Assembly (NCBI GenBank): GCA_018398765.1
Contig: JAHBMJ010000057.1
Coordinates: forward strand, 62,001-126,000
Source of the DNA: Chromera velia
Lineage: Eukaryota
Length of the DNA stretch: 64,000 nucleotides
Direction: 5' to 3'
The notes below the pieces were generated by a model. That model searched no databases, had not been told where the DNA came from, and worked only from the letters and a program-made list of their open reading frames with translations. A program made the position numbers and the translations under genes. Positions 12,383 through 24,500 of the stretch are shown here, one piece after another. How positions within the stretch are numbered: position 1 is the first letter of the stretch; each line of letters opens with the position of its first letter.

Positions 12383-13541
12383 AGTCAAACACTGACTCGG
12401 GGCGCACACAGATAAGGCGATCTTCTCCAAGTCAGCTCAGAGCACCAGAAAAAGAAGGAGACGGGGGTCATCTTCCGCCAAGAAAGGGCTGCAGTGAACT
12501 CAAAAAAGGAGGGGCGAGTCGCGTAGCGGCGAGCTTGGGCTACGGTTACTGCATTGACGAAGCAGTCTGCGCATCCTCACTCCCACAAGGAACGGACCTT
12601 CTCAATTCCATGGAAATCATAATACGCATGGCCACAAATTTATTTTAATTTCGCATGCAGTTTAATTTCCAATACAGAGAGCTGCATGTTGCCCACAAAT
12701 TTATTTTAATTTCGCAGTTTAATTTCCAATACAGAGAGCTGTTGCCCGCGCGGTGGGGGGGACCCCCCCGCGCTCACATAGGAATTTTCACGAAAACGGC
12801 CAAAACGGTTTCGTTCATACCGCGCGATCCACGAAGAGTTGCGAGATGCGCGCCGTCAGTTTCTGTTTTGGCATGGAGACGAACAGATTCTTCTAAGTGA
12901 CCGAGGCAAATCGGTGAGAAACGGCGTCGGGGTAGCTGGAACTTCACTGTGCAGGGTATCAGCAAAGCACGTGCCACCGTGCCACTGGCATCATCAGCTT
13001 TTCAGCTCCACGCTACAGATCGACCTTGTTAAGAGATGCCGTTGGTGACTTTGAAGCTCGTGCTCATCCCACGTATGAATCCCCAATTACAAAGCCATCA
13101 GCTCCGCTATAGACCTTTTTTTTTTTTTTGACCTTGCTCGGGGATGCTATGCCCGGAGACGGTCCTTTTCGGGCAACAGTTAGGAGACGCCGTTGGCGAC
13201 TTTGATGCTCGTGCTCAATTGTGCTCGTCCCACGGGTGGGTCTGCTTACCTTTCTTTCTTCAAGCTTCATAGACATCCTTTTATTTGAGCGTATGCAGAT
13301 TTTCGACCGAAACCAGCAACCTGTTCGGGACCTGGGCCCTCCTTTTATCTCCTTCCGCTTTGCATTAACGTTACGGCCGCAGTCTTCAGGCTATGAAAAG
13401 GAGTAGCGCCCAATATGCCGAACCTGTGCGTGTTCTTTTCCACCTGCATGTCTGACTGCCTTCCCAACTTCGGCCTTTTTGCGTGCCTGCCTGACTGCCT
13501 TCCAGATTTTTTCTATCCCCCTTTGGAAGCTTGTGCTCCCC

Positions 13542-14128
13542 GGCGGCTTTCGGTCCTTTGAGTTCGGGAGACTTCTCTCTCCCCCCTCCTAACACCCAAC
13601 CCCCCTGCCTGCAGCGGGTTTTTCTGGCGGCTTTCGGTCCTTTGTGTTCGGGAGACGCTTCTCTCTCCCCCCACCTAACACCTAACCCCCCTGCCTGCAG
13701 CGGGTTTTTCTGGCGGCTTTCGGTCCTTTGTGTTCGGGAGACGCTTCTCTCTCCCCCCACCCAACACCCAACCCCCCTGCCTGCAGCGGGTTTTTCTGGC
13801 GGCTGTCGGTCTTTTGTGTTCGGGAGACGCTTCTCTCTCCCCCCAACCAACACCCAACCCCCCTGCCTGCAGCAAGTTTTTCTGGCGGCTTTCGGTCTTT
13901 TGTATTTGGGAGACGCTTCTCTCTCCCCCCACCTAACACCCAACCCCCCTGCCTGCAGCGGGTTTTTCTGGCAGCTGTCGGTCCTTTATGTTCGGGGGAC
14001 GCTTCTCTCCCCCCCCACCTAACATCCAACCCCCCTGCCTGCAGCGGGTTTTTCTGGCGGCTGTCGGTCCTTTGTGTTCGGGAGACGCTTCTATACCCCC
14101 CCAACTAACATCCAACCCCCCCTGCCTG
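13542..14128. repeat. ~86-bp tandem minisatellite (7 copies)
   Basis: The unit GGCGGCTTTCGGTCCTTTGTGTTCGGGAGACGCTTCTCT...CCTGCCTGCAGCGGGTTTTTCT starts at ~13542, 13626, 13712, 13798, 13884, 13970 and 14056. Confidence 0.92.
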
Positions 14129-14231
14129 GAGCGAGTTCGCATTCGCTTTTGTTCCCTTGCGTTCGTTTGTGTTCCCCCCCGTTCACATCCGGCTCCCTCA
14201 CTATTCACCTATTACTTTCACGGTGACTTTC

Positions 14232-14935
14232 TTTTGTGTTCCTTTGTGTGAGCTTGTCTCCTTTTGTGTGAGCCTGAGTCCTATTCTGTTAGCTTATCTC
14301 TTTTTGTGTGAGTTTGCCTCCTTTTATGTGAGTCTGTGTCCCCTTCTGTTAGCTTGTATCCCTTTGTGTGAGTGTGTTTCCTTTTGTATGAGCCTGTGTC
14401 CCCTTTCGTTAGCTTGTGTCCCTTTGCGTGAGCTTGTCTCCTTTTGTATGAACCTGTGTGCCCTTCTCTTAGCTTGTGTCTTTTTGTGTGAGTGTGTCTC
14501 TTTTTGTGTGAGCCTGAGTCCCCTTCCGTTAGCTTGTGTTCGTTTGTGTGAGCTTGTCTCCTTTTGTGTGGGTTTGTGCCCCCTTCTATTAGCTTATATC
14601 CCTTTATATGAGTGCGTTTCCTTTTGTGTGAGTCTGTGCCCCTTTCGTTAGCTTGTATCCCTTTGTGTGAGTGTGTTTCCTTTTATATGAGCGTGTGTTA
14701 GCTTGTGCCTTTTTATGTAAGTTTGTCTCCTTTTGTAATATGAACCTGTGTGCCCTTCTCTCAGCTTGTATCCCTGTGTGAGCTGGTCTCCTTTTGTGTG
14801 AGTCTGTGCCCCCTTCTGTTAGCTTTTTTGTGTGAACTTGTCTCCTTTTGTATGAGCCTGTGTCCTATTCTGTTAGCCTGTGTCCTCCGTGTGAGCTTAT
14901 CTCCTTTTGTATGAGCCTGCATGTGTCCCCTTCTG
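14232..14935. repeat. Diverged ~60-bp (3x20-bp) tandem repeat
   Basis: Subunits resembling AGCTTGTCTCCTTTTGTGTG recur with 20/60-bp periodicity. Confidence 0.88.
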
Positions 14936-15868
14936 TTTGCATTTATTTCGGCTGGGTGTGGAAGGTGCCCTACGGTGCTGGCAGGCCTGAGACCATTTCT
15001 GAAAGATGCAGATTTTGATGAGACCAAGCTCAACGGAATGTAACACTGTAGTTGTAAAGCTTGGGCTGGAGCCCCATCGTTATTCCACAGTGTGACGCTT
15101 TGCTCCAACAAAACTGACCGCAGCGATCTGCAGTTTCTTTGGTTATTCGGAATGAACCGTACACTTTGAATATCGTAATAGTAGTTCTAACTTATCTAAT
15201 GATAAATCAAACGACATATTATGATTATATGTTTTTTACTTGCACTGTTTTTAATAGTTTTTGATGATGATGATAATTTTATATTGGTCGGGCCAGGCGG
15301 GCGTTATTTATCCTTTCTATATATTTATATTTTATTAGATCTTGGCTTTCTACCCCAGTCCATAGAATAACGTAGAAACCTCCGAACCATGGACCATAGT
15401 AGACCAAACAGCAACATACGGCAACCAAATCTTCTGACGTCTTTTTATATATCTATTCCACTGGAACCCACCCTTATGGTAGCGTCACTCTATTGAACAG
15501 TCTGTTTTCTCATCCGTATTGCGAAGAAAGACTAATTTTTGAGGCTAAATTTGAGCCGTACTCATACGCACTCACTCATGTAGTGTTAAGGCTGCCTTAG
15601 TCACATCCGCGCGTCAAGCGCGCGCACTGAGTTTTTTTTACACATACGTGGCTATATGATTTAATTTTTGGAAAATATTTTTAGTTGTATATATATAGTT
15701 TGCATATGTATTCTTGGTTCTCCAACGCATTAATTATGCTGCTTCTTAGTTGCCCTCGGCCGGCTCCAAGCGTCTAGAGATTCCCTCATTACATTCTTCT
15801 ACTTCCTTCTGAAGGAAAGAGGTGTAGCTTTAGAAGCCGTTGTTTGCTTCTTTCGGGAGTCTGATCGG

Positions 15869-18800
15869 ATGACGAACATAGCATTTCTTCTTTCGCTTTT
15901 GCGCCCCCGTCTCCTGGTGGCAGTGGCGCTGGGTCTTCTGACACTCCTGGCTCCCTGCTCAGAGAGCGTCGCTCCCTTCGATATTGGGAGACTGAAGGTT
16001 GACAGCTCCTGGCAGTGGGTGGAGCTCAAATCGACTTTCACTTCGGCCCTAGTTTTTGCGACAAAGACCAACGCAGTGAACGAAGATTCGTTACCAAGGG
16101 TGGCGAACGTGAGTTCAGTTGGTTTTTCGGTGCGTGTGGACACATGGGAGCAGAGAACCATGGCGGCTGAGGACGTTGACTATGTCGCTTGGGAGTTGGG
16201 GGGGGACTATCAGACAGAGTCGGGGACACGGATCGATCTTGTGAAGGCAACTGCAGGGTCTGCCTTTGTGACCGTGCCCTTCAATTTTGTATTTAACTCC
16301 ACGCCAGTGGTCGTCTGTTCTCTCCAGTCATACGCAAACTCAGGATACGCTCTGACAAGGTGGACCAACGTGACCACCTCCAGCGTTGAAGTGAAGGTAG
16401 ACCGCGCCAAAGTGAACAGAGGTTCAATCGTGAATGAAACCGTCGGGTGTGTGGCTGTGGAGGCCATCATATCCCCAGAGACGTTCATGGGAAGGAACGG
16501 GATCGCATGGGTAGTGGACAACGTGACGAGTGCCTGGACGCAGCTGGCTGTGCCTCCCTTGATGTGGGGCTCTAACTTTGAACGGCCGGGGGGGGTGGGG
16601 GGGGTCTCGGGGGTGGTGGAGAACGATCCTTGTGTCGCTTTTTTCAAATCGTCGTCTAGCGTCAGTCAATGCTTGTCTCTCTGTGTTGCGACTCTCCGTC
16701 TGACTTGGCATCGGCTCAAAGAGAGCGGCTTCGTCTATGTGCGTGTCTGTTTCTCGGAGTGTGGCTTCGTCTATGTGCGTGCCTGTTTCTCGGAGTGTGT
16801 ATCCGTCTATGTGCGTGCCAGTTTCTCAGAGTGTGGTTCCGTCTGTGTGCGTGCCCGTTTCTCAGAGTGTGGCCCCGTCTATGTGCGCGCCCGTTTCTCA
16901 GAGTGTGGCTCCGTCTATGTGCGTGGCTCTTTCTCAGAGTGTGGCTTCGTCTATGTACGTGCCTGTTTCTCGGAGTGTGTATCCGTCTATGTGCGCGCCC
17001 GTTTCTCGGAGTGTGTATCCGTCTATGTGCGTGCCTGTTTCTCAGAGTGTGGCTCCGTCTATGTGCATGCCTGTTTCTCGGAGTGTATATCCGTCTATGT
17101 GCGTGCCTGTTTCTCAGAGTGTGGCTCCGTCTATGTGCGCGCCCGTTTCTCGGAGTGGGGCTCCGTCTATGTGCGTGCCCGTTTCTCAGAGTGTGGCTCC
17201 GTCTATGTGCGTGGCCGTTTCTCAGAGTGTCGCTCCGTCTATGTGCGCCCCCGTTTCTCAGAGTGTGGCTTCGTCTATGTACGTGCCTGTTTCTCAGAGT
17301 GTGGCTTCGTCTATGTATGTGCCTGTTTCTCAGAGTGTGGCTCCGTCTATGTGCGTGGCTCTTTCTCAGAGTGTGGCTTCGTCTATGTACGTGCCTGTTT
17401 CTCGGAGTGTGTATCCGTCTATGTGCGTGCCTTTTTCTCGGAGTGTGGCTCCGTCTATGTGCGTGCCTGTTTCTCAGAGTGTGGCTCCGTTTATGTGCGT
17501 GCCTGTTTCTCGGAGTGTGTATCCGTCTATGTGCATGCCTGTTTCTCAGAGTGTGGCTCCGTCTATGTGCGCGCCCGTTTCTCAGAGTGTGGCTCCGTCT
17601 ATGTGCGTGGCTGTTTGTCAGAGTGTGGCTCCGTCTATGTGCACGCCCGTTTCTCAGAGTGTCGCTCCGTCTATGTGCGCCCCCGTTTCTCAGAGTGTGG
17701 CTTCGTGTATGTACGTGCCTGTTTCTCAGAGTGTGGCTCCGTCTATGTGCGCGCCCGTTTCTCAGAGTGTCGCTCCGTCTATGTACGTGCCTGTTTCTCA
17801 GAGTGTGGCTTCGTCTATGTACGTGCCTGTTTCTCAGAGTGTGGCTCCGTCTATGTGCGTGGCTGTTTCTCAGAGTGTGGCTACGTGCCTAGTCTGTATA
17901 CCGGTGTGTTTACGCAGGTTCTCGACTGCCGCCTCTCGCTCCCTTCGTTTCCCTCCATTTTGCATACATGGATCCCTGATGCCCTTTGTCTCTTAGGCTG
18001 TGTCTGCCTGTCTGGCCGTCTCCCTCCATTTTGCACGCATGGATCCCTGATGCCATTTGTCTCTTAGGCTGTGTCTGCTTGTCTGGCCGTCTCCCTCCAT
18101 TTTGCACGCATGGATCCCTGATGCCATTTGTCTCTTAGGCTGTGTCTGCTTGTCTGGCCGTCTCCCTCCATTTTGCACGCATGGATCCCTGATGCCCTTT
18201 GTCTCTTAGGCTGTGTCTGCTTGTCTGGCCGTCTCCCTATCTACCAAGAGAAAGGATCTGCGGTCTGTCTGTCCGTCAGCATGTGTTCCTGTCTGCATAC
18301 ATGTACATGCACATGCACATGTATATGTATATGTTCTGTCTCCCCCCCCCTCTTCAGCCGTCTGTGATTGAGGCCCGCGTCTCGGAGGACCTCTCAACGG
18401 ATGGGGACGCTCACGTGGGCGAGAGCCTTGCAATCATCGCCTTTGACTTGGTGCCTCAAGGTGAGGTTCCATGCTTACATAACACTAGGAGACCTCATGC
18501 ATAAATAGACCCAACATGAAATCGTATTTATAAAAAAAAAAAGAAAAAAAAGCACTCTCCATGAATCAATTTCTCTTTCCTGTGCGTGCACAACACTGGG
18601 AGGAATTATGCATCGGATGACAGGAGTGTCTCTTCATTGTGCTTCTCTTCATCTTCTCCCTCATGTCTTGCTGCACTGGGATGAAACGTAGGATATCCAT
18701 ACTCTGTTTGACGCACGCAGGCACTGATGAGTGCACGAACTCCACCTACCCGCACAATTGTGGCAGCAACGCGACGTGTGTGGACACCACTCTCTCGTTT

Positions 18801-21564
18801 TTGTGCAACTGCACGGAGGGTTTCTTGGACGCCAACGGAGACGGCACACAATGTACAGGTAAAAAGGGGGGGTGGGGGGAGGATCGAGAATCAAGGCTTG
18901 ACAGATGTTGTTTCGTCTGTCTTGAGACGAGTTTGGTGTCTCATCTCCTTCAAGACCGTCGCACGGCTGCGAATCTATCTTATGAAAGCCATGAAGCAAA
19001 AAAAAAGAAAATTATCGTCTCCTCGTCGGGGTTCCTCGTGAGTTGAGTGCCTGTGCTGTGCTTCGAGCTGCTTGCAGACATCGACGAGTGCACACTCAAC
19101 ACGCACAACTGCGACGCCAACGCCACGTGCACAAACACGACGGGGTCCTTCAGTTGTGCGTGCAACGTTGGGTTCAACGGGACCGGCGTCGTCTGCAGTG
19201 GTCAGTCTCTCTCCGTTCCCTCCCTCCCGCCCTCTCGCCATTTCTCCATCAAACCGTCCTTCTTTCTGTCCTTGATCGAACGAAAGGGAAAAAAGACCGT
19301 TCTCTCTGTGGATCTGTCTGATAATGCCGTCGCTTTGTGCTAGCCTGTGGTCTGTAAAGGCTCCGCACTGATTGATGTTCACATCCCGACCTTGCTCTTG
19401 CAGACATCGACGAGTGCACAGACGCCACACACACGCACAACTGTGACGCAAACGCCACGTGCACCAACACAACAGGCTCCTTCAGTTGCGCTTGCAACAT
19501 AGGTTTTAATGGAACGGGAGTAGTCTGTAGCGGTCCGTCTGTCCCTCCGTCTGTCCATCCGCCTTTCTTCCTTTTCTGCGCTCTGAATGTATGGATGACC
19601 TACTTGTCTGACTTTTGGCCTCTCGTCGGTCGCTACTGTCCGTTGGTGTCTCCTTTCAATAAAGAAGGGATCAAACGGTCGGTGGTTGACGCTTCCTTTC
19701 TTCTTCTCTAAGCGGGTGGCAAACACTTGCAGAAGTTTCGGCCTTCTCGGTTGAACTTCTTCGGATACACCCCCGCGGTCTGAATTTGACCATCTCTTTC
19801 AATTTCAATGGAAATGAAGCTGTGATGGGCACAGACGTTGCCTTGAATCCAACAGCACGGATGGCGACCTTATTCTTTCAAAAAGATGCCCTCACCTTTG
19901 ATTGTCTCCGTCAATCCACACGATTTGCTCTGCAGCGCTCGACGAGTGCGCTCTCCAGACGCACAACTGCAACGGAAGTGCAACCTGCACAGACGCTGGG
20001 GGCTCCTTCTCTTGTGCATGCAACGCCGGGTTTGCGGGGGACGGGCTGAATTGCACGGGTACGTGAGTGGTCCTTCCTGCACGTGCATGGCCTCCTGGGG
20101 GGCATGGATGGTCTGTCTGGCTTTCGGATTCTCTGGCTGGTGCTGGTTTTCCTCCCTTCTCTGGATCTCTCTCTCTTGACTCCGTGTCGGACTCTCTTCT
20201 CCACGAAGGAATTCGGCATTTTATGGGAAGAACGGGAAAGAAGAGATCGACTCTCAGTCCTTCCCTTCCTCTTTTTGTCTGCCTGCCTGCCTGTGTGTGT
20301 GCATGCAGACATCGACGAGTGCAGCTCCGGGATCCACGACTGCCACGGAAACGCCAACTGCACGAACACCCAGGGGAGTTTTGGGTGTGCGTGCGTCAGT
20401 GGGTACTCGGACGTCTCGGGGGGGGGCTATCAGGGGGTGGACTGTGCAGGTGAGTACTCATCTTTCCTTCTGTTGTTCTGCATGAATGAACATACAGACA
20501 CATGCCGGCTGAGGAAGAGGGACTGACTGCATCGTAGCAGAGAGAGGGAAAGATGCATGCAGGGATGACGGGAGGAAATTTAAATTGACTTGGGCTTTCC
20601 GGATTTTGCTGCAGTAGAAGATGAGAAGGACACACGATTCTGCTGAGGCTCTACTGGATGCCGACCCCTCTCTTCCTGCGTGTGCAGATTTGGATGGTGT
20701 GTGTATTCGTTTGTATGTGATGTATTTGTATTTGTACTTATATGAAAACGAATACATACTGGATGCCGACCCCGCCCTTTCTGCGTGCGTGTGCAGATTT
20801 GGATGAGTGCACAGTAGGCTCCCACAACTGCGACTTTGGGGCCTCATGCACGAACAACGCAGGGTCTTTCACGTGTGCTTGTGATGGGTCGACGGGGCTC
20901 GCGTCGGCGTCGTCACCTGCTGGGACGACCTGTATCGGTCTGTCTGTCTGTGTGTGTGGGTGCGTGCATTCATCGTTTCTTTTTGATATTCTCATTTGTG
21001 TTTGTGTTCATTCTTCTCTGTCAGTTTTGCGTCTGAATGCCCTTTAGTCCTCTCACGAAGAAGGCGAAGGAAAGGAAGGGATGGGAAGGGAAGGAAAATA
21101 AGTAAGTAAGAAAAGAGGGAGAGAGGGAGGGAGTGGAGGGCGAAAACGGCAAGAAGGCAAAAGGAGAGAAGCCTTGTAGAGCAAGAATGTTTTCCCACAG
21201 TTAACAAGGAAGGAATACTCTTCCATCGATCCGGACCCTGATGCTTTCTGTGCAGGTTGCGTGACTCACGGTCGCGTAATCCAGTCTCCCTCTCCCTTCA
21301 GCCTCTCCTCCTCTGCGTCTACCGCGGCGGCCTGTGAGGCCCTCTGTGGGAGTCATTCCAACTGCACCTTCTTCTCCTTCTTCTCCAGCGCGTATTCGGG
21401 AAATCTCACACACACAGGGACCCTCCCAGAATGCGGACTGCATAACGGGCTCTCTGCCTCTGTGGGCGTGTCGCTGTCAGACGACCCGTTTGAGGCCATG
21501 ATGGGACCCAAATTTTGTGGTGGGCCTTTTGTTTGATTTTCATTCTTGCTGTGCTGCCTCAGCG

Positions 21565-21595
<31 letters not shown>

Positions 21596-24500
21596 GCGTG
21601 TGTGTGTGTGTGTGTGTCTGTGTGTGCATGTCCATGATCACCGCAAAAGCTTGCATGCCGCCTTTCTTCTTCTTCTTGTACCGTCCACGCATGCATACAG
21701 GCTGCTACACCTCCCAGGAGGGAATTGACTCCGACCTCCTCTCGAGTGTCTCCGCTGATGACGCCCCCACTTGCCAGGAGACCTGCGTGGCCGACTCCTC
21801 CTGTCTGTTTTTCTCCTTCGACCCAACTTCACAGGTCAGAGGAGGAGACGGGAGGGGGGGCAGATCAATCATCTTTGTTCTGTCTGTTCTTCTCCTTCGA
21901 CCCGACTTCACAGGTCGATATCTTCTATATCTTCTATCATACATATCCACACATCTTTGTTCTGTCTGTTCTTCTCCTTCGACCCGACTTCACAGGTCGA
22001 TATCACAGGTCGATATCTTCTATATCTTCTATCATACATATCCACACATCTTTGTTCTGTCTGTTCTTCTCCTTCGACCCGACTTCACAGGTCGATATCT
22101 TCTATATCTTCTATCATACATATCCACACATCTTTGTTCTGTCTGTTCTTCTCCTTCGACCCGACTTCACAGGTCGATATCTTCTATATCTTCTATCATA
22201 CATATCCACACATCTTTGTTCTGTCTGTTCTTCTCCTTCGACCCGACTTCACAGGTCGATATCTTCTATATCTTCTATCATACATATCCACACATCTTTG
22301 TTCTGTCTGTTCTTCTCCTTCGACCCGACTTCACAGGTTAGAGGAGGAGACGGTAGGGGGGGCAGACCAATCGTGTGTTCAGTCGTCATACATAACCTCA
22401 CATCTTTTGTCCAATTGCTTCTGTCTATTCTTCGTATCCGTCCAAACTAGCAATGGACCGAAACCTATGCACAAGAGAACCACAAAGATGCGAGGTGCGA
22501 GGAACGTATGATTTGTCCATTGCCTTCTTCTCCTTTCTACCAATATTGCAGACCTGCAAGAAGCATTCAGGGAACTCCGTGAGGTCCTACGCGCAAAGCT
22601 GGCTGTGGGGACCGCGTTATTGCGGTGAGCGGGAAGTGCATTCATACATGTGAACACTGATTAGTGCATGATTTGCGTACCCTCCGAGTGGACAAACAGT
22701 CATTTCATTTACTCAGCATGCATCTGTATTGACATCTCCTTCAAATCCACAAATGAAAAAACGAAATTGCTTTCAACCAGACCTCCATCCATCCAGCACG
22801 GCGCATGCTGCAGTGTGTGGACGACCAGAACTGCTGAAGCATCCTTCCTGCAAAATGACCGCCCCAATGTATACACCCATCTACACTCAAAAATAGATTC
22901 ACACGTGTTTGCACCCAGACATCCTTTCATACACACGCACACGTCCCTGCCTGCAGACCCCTGCCCGGTGTCAGGAGAGAACGATTGTTCTGCCAACGCC
23001 GTTTGCACAGCCGACCAACAGGGGAGCTTCACCTGCTCGTGCAACACGGGGTACCTCGATGAGGCTACTCAAGTGAACAGCAGCATGACCGTCAACGGGA
23101 CTGTCTGCACAGGTCGGAAGGAAAGGGAAAGAGGGCGGGTGCTTTTATGCATGGACTGTCTGTCACAATGCCTTTTTCTCTTCCCACCAGGGTGATCGAG
23201 AAGTCATAATATGTTCTTAGTCGTTCGTGCCGCAATCCACTCATTTTCTCTGAGCTTCCTTCCTCCCCTCGTGTAATCGAACGGTGCCCTTTTATTATTT
23301 TTTCTTTGTTCCTCTTGCAGACCAGGCACAATGAACGAAAGTCTGCTTTCTGATTAATAATCGTATTTTGTGTCCGTCCACATCCGCCAAAGTGTGCGCT
23401 CTTCAATTGATTGATTGAGTGTCTGCCTGTCTATCTGTCTGTCTGTCTGCAGACATCGACGAGTGCACGACGAACACCGACAACTGCCACAACAAGGCGG
23501 ACTGCACGAACACAGACGGCAGCTTCACCTGCCAGTGCAGAACGGGGTGGCGGAACGGCACGAGTGACCACACGTCCTGTTCAGGTCAGCCAGAGAGAGA
23601 GGGAGGAGGAAGGGATGGATGGAGACAGTTTTCCCCCTCTCTTGTTTCCTGCGGACTTTGCTTTACTCTTTGCCTTGCACAGCTCATTTCATTCAAGGCA
23701 CTTTGAGAGGGGAGTTTTTCTTTGAGCAGAGGCAAACAATTTCTTCCTCGATTGACTTCAGAGACCAGAAGACCAAACGATCGAGCTGTTTTTCCCCTCT
23801 TCCCCTGTCGCTTTGCATGCTTGCAGACATCCAAGAATGCACAGAAGGCTCCCACACATGCGACTTCGGGTCTACATGCACAAACTCTGGGGGGTCGTTT
23901 TCTTGTTCTTGCGACAAGTCCCTGGGTCTGACGGACTTAGGGGGGGGTGACGGGACTTGGTGCATCGGTCGGTTGGTCTTCTGGAAATTCGTCTGTTTGG
24001 GTTTTTCGAATAGCTCTGTATGCCGATCTTTCTTTTGTTGTTTTGTTAGTCTGTCCTCTGTCTCTATTTCTTACATTTCCGTCTCTATTGATCTTTGCAC
24101 AACTTTTGGTTGACCGTCAAATTCGGGCCCTTTCGTGGTGTCTCCCTCAGCAGTAACGTCTCTCTCAGGAATGTTGCACATGCAGTCGTGCATGATGGGA
24201 AGCGAAACGAAATGTGTGTCTCTCGATCAGCATACCCATGAATAGAGATTTCTGCACATCTTCATTTGTTTTTTAGCTGATCTGTTTGTTGGCTTTTTGG
24301 TGTACTTCTCAGAATCCTCTGCTGCCTCTCTACTCCCATTCGCAGGTTGCACCACTCATGGTCGGTCTCTGAACACCAGCCGAGCGGACGTGGTGATGAC
24401 CTCCGCTGAGGTGTCGGCCTTCGTTGGTCCTGGGGGGATGCAATCGTGTCAGAAGGCCTGCGGGGCGGACGCGTCCTGCAGGTATTTCTCCTATTGGACA

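Noticed and set aside
10833..12383. 516-aa His/Thr-rich ORF and overlapping Cys/Val-rich ORFs
   Set aside because: Translations of CA, 58-bp and CACT repeats.
16661..18067. Cys-rich repeat domain ([10 protein letters not shown])n extending the 732-aa ORF
   Set aside because: A stop-free 30-bp minisatellite open in all three frames. A GTCAGT donor at 16661 splices in phase to 18358 and completes the third lectin-like repeat, so it is intronic.
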